Assembly: GCA_043775925.1 (NCBI GenBank)
Contig: JAYVRW010000226.1
Location: 52-64,051, forward strand
Direction: 5' to 3'
DNA from: Blastocatellia bacterium
GTDB lineage: Bacteria; Acidobacteriota; Blastocatellia; RBC074
DNA: 64,000 bases
Part shown: one piece after another, positions 60,409-64,000 of the stretch
Layout of the letters: each line of letters starts with the position of its first letter
How positions within the stretch are numbered: position 1 is the first letter of the stretch
The notes under the pieces: generated by a model
What the model was told of the DNA's origin: nothing
Databases searched by the model: none
Seen by the model: the letters and a program-made list of their open reading frames with translations, nothing else
Made by a program: the position numbers and the translations under genes

Positions 60409-61983
60409 TTATTCTCGAAAACGTTCACAATCCACGCCGTATTTTTTCACTTTATAATTAATCATGCGTTCAGTGATTTGCAGCAAGTTGGCGGCTCTGG
60501 CTTGATTGCCTCGCGTTATTTTCAGCGCTTCGGTAATCATCTCACGTTCCAGTGAGGCGACAGCAGAGTTCAATGAATTGGCAGGCAACGTTCCTGTCAC
60601 TTCGGCGGTTTGTAAGGAAGGAGGTAAGTGGTGACCGTGAATGACAGCATCGTTACAGACCACAACGGCGCGCTCAATACAATTTTCCAATTCACGCACG
60701 TTGCCAGGCCAGTGATAGCTCATCAGCATATCAATCGCAGGCGTCGAGATACGTTTGACGGCTTTGCCATGTTCGTTGGCGTATTTGTCTACGAAGTGAT
60801 CTGCGAGCAATAGAATATCAGTTTTTCGCTCTCGTAACGGCGGCAGAAAAATGGTGAAGACATTCAAGCGATAATATAAATCTTCGCGGAAATCTCCAGC
60901 GATGATGGCTTCTTCAAGATTTTTGTTGGTAGCGGCAATCAGGCGGACATCGGTTTTAATGGTCTGCGTCCCACCGACACGTTCAAATTCACGTTCCTGC
61001 AAAATCCGAAGCAACCGCGTTTGTGTCGCCATGGTTAATTCGCCGATTTCATCCAGAAAAATGGTGCCGCCAGAAGCTAATTCAAAGCGACCTTTGCGCT
61101 GCTGCATGGCCCCTGTAAAGGCTCCGCGTTCATGACCGAAGAGTTCAGTTTCGATCAGGTTTTCAGGGAGTGCGCCGCAGTTGACTTTGATAAATGCTTC
61201 ACCGGTGCGAGTCGAATTTCGATGAATCAGGTCGGCAATAATTTCTTTTCCCGTCCCGGATTCGCCGCGCAAAAGTACTGTAGTTTTTGCCGGAGCGACT
61301 TGCAATGATTGCTCAAGAACCGTCAGAACAGCGTTACTACTGCCGATAAAGGAACCGATGTCTGCTTTGTGTGGAACTACTTTGTTTGAATTAAATTTTT
61401 CTTCAGGAAGCGAGGAATTGGTCTGCCTGGGCTTACTGATCGGGTGCGCCAGCAAGGTCGCCACAACGGTCAGAAAGGCGGCGACTGTATTTAATTCCTC
61501 TTCTTGTCGAACTTTGAGATAGGCCGCGAGCGTTCCGTGCGTACGACCTTGTGATTGAATGGGAACGCACACGAAGGCGCGATCTTCGAGATCATTCGCC
61601 GTCCCCATGCGATTCAAGTGCATGGGTTCCAGTGAGACTTGCGGCACAATGATTGTTTTCCCGCTCTTGACCACTTGTCCGGTAATGCCTTCGCCTAACT
61701 GATAACGTCCCATCGAACGGGCGCGTCCGCTGATTCCGACGGCAGCAATGACCCGAATTTCCTGCGTCCGTTCATCGAAGACGGAGAGCTGCGATTGTTG
61801 TAATTGATGCCGCTCCGCTAAAATATTCAGGACACGCAGAACCGCATTATCAAAGCCTAACGTGAGATCGAGAATACGATGAATTTCTTGAAGCGTCAGC
61901 AGAAAGGACAGTTGTCCAGAAAAATCGTACTCAGGTTCTCGTTCAATTTCGTAAGCGGACATCATGCAGAATATTTCCACCAA
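60409..61983 (-). CDS. Sigma-54-dependent transcriptional activator (GAF sensor, AAA+ domain, Fis-type HTH), NifA/NtrC-like
   Basis: GESGTGKE Walker A. GAFTGA sigma-54 contact motif. C-terminal HTH. N-terminal GAF. Confidence 0.8.
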   Translation of the reverse strand: MVEIFCMMSAYEIEREPEYDFSGQLSFLLTLQEIHRILDLTLGFDNAVLRVLNILAERHQLQQSQLSVFDERTQEIRVIAAVGISGRARSMGRYQLGEGITGQVVKSGKTIIVPQVSLEPMHLNRMGTANDLEDRAFVCVPIQSQGRTHGTLAAYLKVRQEEELNTVAAFLTVVATLLAHPISKPRQTNSSLPEEKFNSNKVVPHKADIGSFIGSSNAVLTVLEQSLQVAPAKTTVLLRGESGTGKEIIADLIHRNSTRTGEAFIKVNCGALPENLIETELFGHERGAFTGAMQQRKGRFELASGGTIFLDEIGELTMATQTRLLRILQEREFERVGGTQTIKTDVRLIAATNKNLEEAIIAGDFREDLYYRLNVFTIFLPPLRERKTDILLLADHFVDKYANEHGKAVKRISTPAIDMLMSYHWPGNVRELENCIERAVVVCNDAVIHGHHLPPSLQTAEVTGTLPANSLNSAVASLEREMITEALKITRGNQARAANLLQITERMINYKVKKYGVDCERFRE

Positions 61984-62365
61984 TAAAATAACGTCAGGGC
62001 AATTTTACAAAATATTACATGATTAGAAATGCAAGCACTATGCCAGAAATGCACAACGCGTTGAAGCTTGAATTTGATGCTAAAAAGGCAGGTAAGTATT
62101 AATTCTAGCTATAATTTATATGTTTAAATCATAAAAAGACGAAAATGTAGGTTATAGGGATTTTGGTAACGTTTATGTCGGAATATCTTTAACAGCGATA
62201 GGAAGGTAAAAATAAAATCCTTCATTAGCCGATTAAAATTTTGATAAGCTCATCTAATTTTTGCAACGTGCATTCCGGTTTAGCCCAGGTGCCAGCAGCA
62301 GCAGAAGTCCTGCTGAGCGAAAATCCGGGATTTATTGAAAAGATAAATCATTTCAGTAGTAACAA

Positions 62366-62401
62366 TAAAAAATGGCAGGGATAAATTCCCTGCCATTTTT
62401 A
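62366..62401 (-). terminator. Rho-independent terminator downstream of the 62425-63378 gene
   Basis: aaaaATGGCAGGGAtaaatTCCCTGCCATttttt, stem plus U-run. Bidirectional A/T flanks. Confidence 0.6.
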
Positions 62402-62424
62402 CAAAAAACGAGTTGAAATAGCTT

Positions 62425-63378
62425 TCATTTCGCTTGTAATCCTTGAAGGATACTTAAGATTTCAGAAGTAATGACTCCTAATTTTAAATCCATTTCCGCG
62501 CGTTTGTACGCGCCTTCTAAATCCTGAAGCCCCAGGATTTTTTGGTATTGCTGACTTGCCTTAGCGGTCATCCATCCCAGCTTTTTAAATTGAGGCAAAA
62601 GTTCGAGTACATATTTAGCTCGCTCCGATTTGGAAAGGTTTGCGAGCTTGTCAACCGGACCAATCGTGTAGCCTGTTGGCCACGCGTCATAGCTAAGTTC
62701 ACCCAAGGATTCTCCTAGTTCTGCTGGCATATCTTCGCCTACGCCTGTCGTACCAAACTTCCCTCCACGTACCCGACACTTAACCAGCCCTGGCAGAGAT
62801 GTAGAGTAGAGATTGAACTGTATTGTTTGCCCAGGTTGCACTTTGGGGTGAGGTGCCAACGGAGCTAACATTATCCAGTTTCCTCCATCATCTCCAAATA
62901 TACCGGTTGACATGTCGCCAATAAAAATGCCGTTGGTTCCTGATGGTCGTTTGGGTGAGATCACCGAGCTAAAGTTCTGAACAGCAAAACTCAGCAGGTA
63001 GTCACCGCTTGTCGTAAGGCTCCGAACATTATATTTATACTGATAAGTAGCTTTAGACATCATCGTCAAGGCAGATACAACGACGTCAATACAATCAGGT
63101 CGTTGAAACACAATCACCTTTTTTTTGCCGTCATAGCCAATCCATTCCAAGTTGTATTTTCCAGCTTTAGCATTAGCCCATTCAATTTTAGGCTTTGGAT
63201 CATAGATAACCTCTTCCTTAGTTTGAGGATCAACTTTGATAACCCTTTTTGACCAGGAATGAGGAGCCTTCAATTCGAATTTCTTTTTTTGCAAAGGTAG
63301 CCGCTGAAGCCGTTGGGCAAATGAATCCACAGAGACTAATGCTAAAATAATGGTTAAACAGATTGATATTTTTATCAT
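62425..63378 (-). CDS. Secreted hypothetical protein
   Basis: Signal peptide MIKISICLTIILALVSVDSFAQ. Intact 317-aa ORF. Confidence 0.5.
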   Translation of the reverse strand: MIKISICLTIILALVSVDSFAQRLQRLPLQKKKFELKAPHSWSKRVIKVDPQTKEEVIYDPKPKIEWANAKAGKYNLEWIGYDGKKKVIVFQRPDCIDVVVSALTMMSKATYQYKYNVRSLTTSGDYLLSFAVQNFSSVISPKRPSGTNGIFIGDMSTGIFGDDGGNWIMLAPLAPHPKVQPGQTIQFNLYSTSLPGLVKCRVRGGKFGTTGVGEDMPAELGESLGELSYDAWPTGYTIGPVDKLANLSKSERAKYVLELLPQFKKLGWMTAKASQQYQKILGLQDLEGAYKRAEMDLKLGVITSEILSILQGLQAK

Positions 63379-63755
63379 AAATCACCTCATTTCTTCGAAA
63401 CGATTTTAACATCCACAGAGCAGTGGAAATTGCAATTCCACTGCTCCAAGCGAAACTATCAATGAGTACGAAATCTAAGATGCCAGTGATTTCCAGTTCT
63501 AGTTTCATCATGAACATCCTGAACTGGATTATTTGTGAATATCTCAATTAGAGCGGGTCTGTTCGCCACTGGAACTATCACATCACAATTACGCCCCACT
63601 CGATGTTCAGCATGACTGGTCTCTATCCAGTGAGGAGGGATAGTACGATCTGATTCAACGTCAATCTCCCACCCAATGGTAGACTCATATCGTTGTACCA
63701 TAGGTTTGCGGCGGTAGGATCATAGCCTTATAGTTGTAAATAAGTTGAGTGATAG

Positions 63756-63989
63756 TCACTTTAGAAGTTCTAGAAATTCTGTGACTGCTTTTGCAAAATA
63801 CTCATCATCCGCTTCATTTAAAGCAAGGTAAGATGCCTCGCTTCGAAACCATTCAATTTGTGTATTACTGAAGTTAGCTTCGATAATTTTTTTCTTGCAT
63901 AACTCAATCAATGTCTGAATTGCGGCAAGTTTTACTGATAAAGCTTTTGCATCATTAATCCACCCAAATTTCAAGCAACGCTGTAACAA
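63756..63989 (-). CDS. Small hypothetical protein (low GC)
   Basis: 77-aa ORF. No motif. Confidence 0.25.
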   Translation of the reverse strand: MLQRCLKFGWINDAKALSVKLAAIQTLIELCKKKIIEANFSNTQIEWFRSEASYLALNEADDEYFAKAVTEFLELLK

Positions 63990-64000
63990 ATCAGTTAATA

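Noticed and set aside
60172-60555. 127-aa + strand ORF
   Set aside because: Spans the intergenic hairpin and the 3' end of the sigma-54 activator gene in antisense. No ribosome-binding site and no motif.

Overview
This is a 64 kb high-GC bacterial chromosomal segment. The ECF-sigma/'MTPERW...' Ser/Thr-kinase partner architecture suggests an Acidobacteria-like soil bacterium, but that is an inference. The window has six main blocks.

- **1-18 kb (+ strand):** one co-directional operon-like block. It runs HExxH metalloprotease fragment, DUF4157 protein, small ORF, GH13 alpha-amylase-family enzyme, then a phage-tail-like / extracellular contractile injection system (eCIS) baseplate-spike module: tube-initiator-like protein, LysM-like protein, gpD-like, gpV spike, DUF4280/PAAR-like, gp25, two large baseplate proteins, a gpI-like protein and a conserved 451-aa protein. 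No sheath, tube or ATPase genes are inside the window.
- **18.4-25.1 kb:** a run of decayed genes on the - strand (PKD protein, beta-helix protein, S8 protease, TPR/kinase). They carry multiple frameshifts, an in-frame stop and an internal deletion.
- **25.1-27.7 kb:** an IS630-family element inserted between an ECF sigma gene and its kinase partner, followed by a transposase remnant.
- **27.9-46.1 kb (+ strand):** an accessory island bracketed by IS elements. It encodes a secreted MACPF+LamG protein, small secreted proteins, three paralogs that share an N-terminal domain (fused to a PPC domain, an unknown domain, or an FGE-sulfatase domain), four tandem acidic coiled-coil paralogs, a lipoprotein, a secreted protein, and an FHA-domain protein plus Ser/Thr kinase pair.
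- **46.2-49.0 kb:** a second IS630 with a clean TA target-site duplication, and an AT-rich islet (truncated VOC gene, unknown 299-aa protein, Phd/YefM antitoxin).
- **49-62 kb (- strand):** HAD hydrolase, then a sigma-54-dependent assimilatory nitrate/nitrite operon (nasA, nirB, nirD, hemD-like, narK, porin, cobA) with a dedicated GAF/sigma-54 activator and a long leader hairpin.

No rRNA, tRNA or CRISPR was recognised. Coordinates taken from reading the sequence lines, as opposed to the ORF table, may be off by 1-2 nt.
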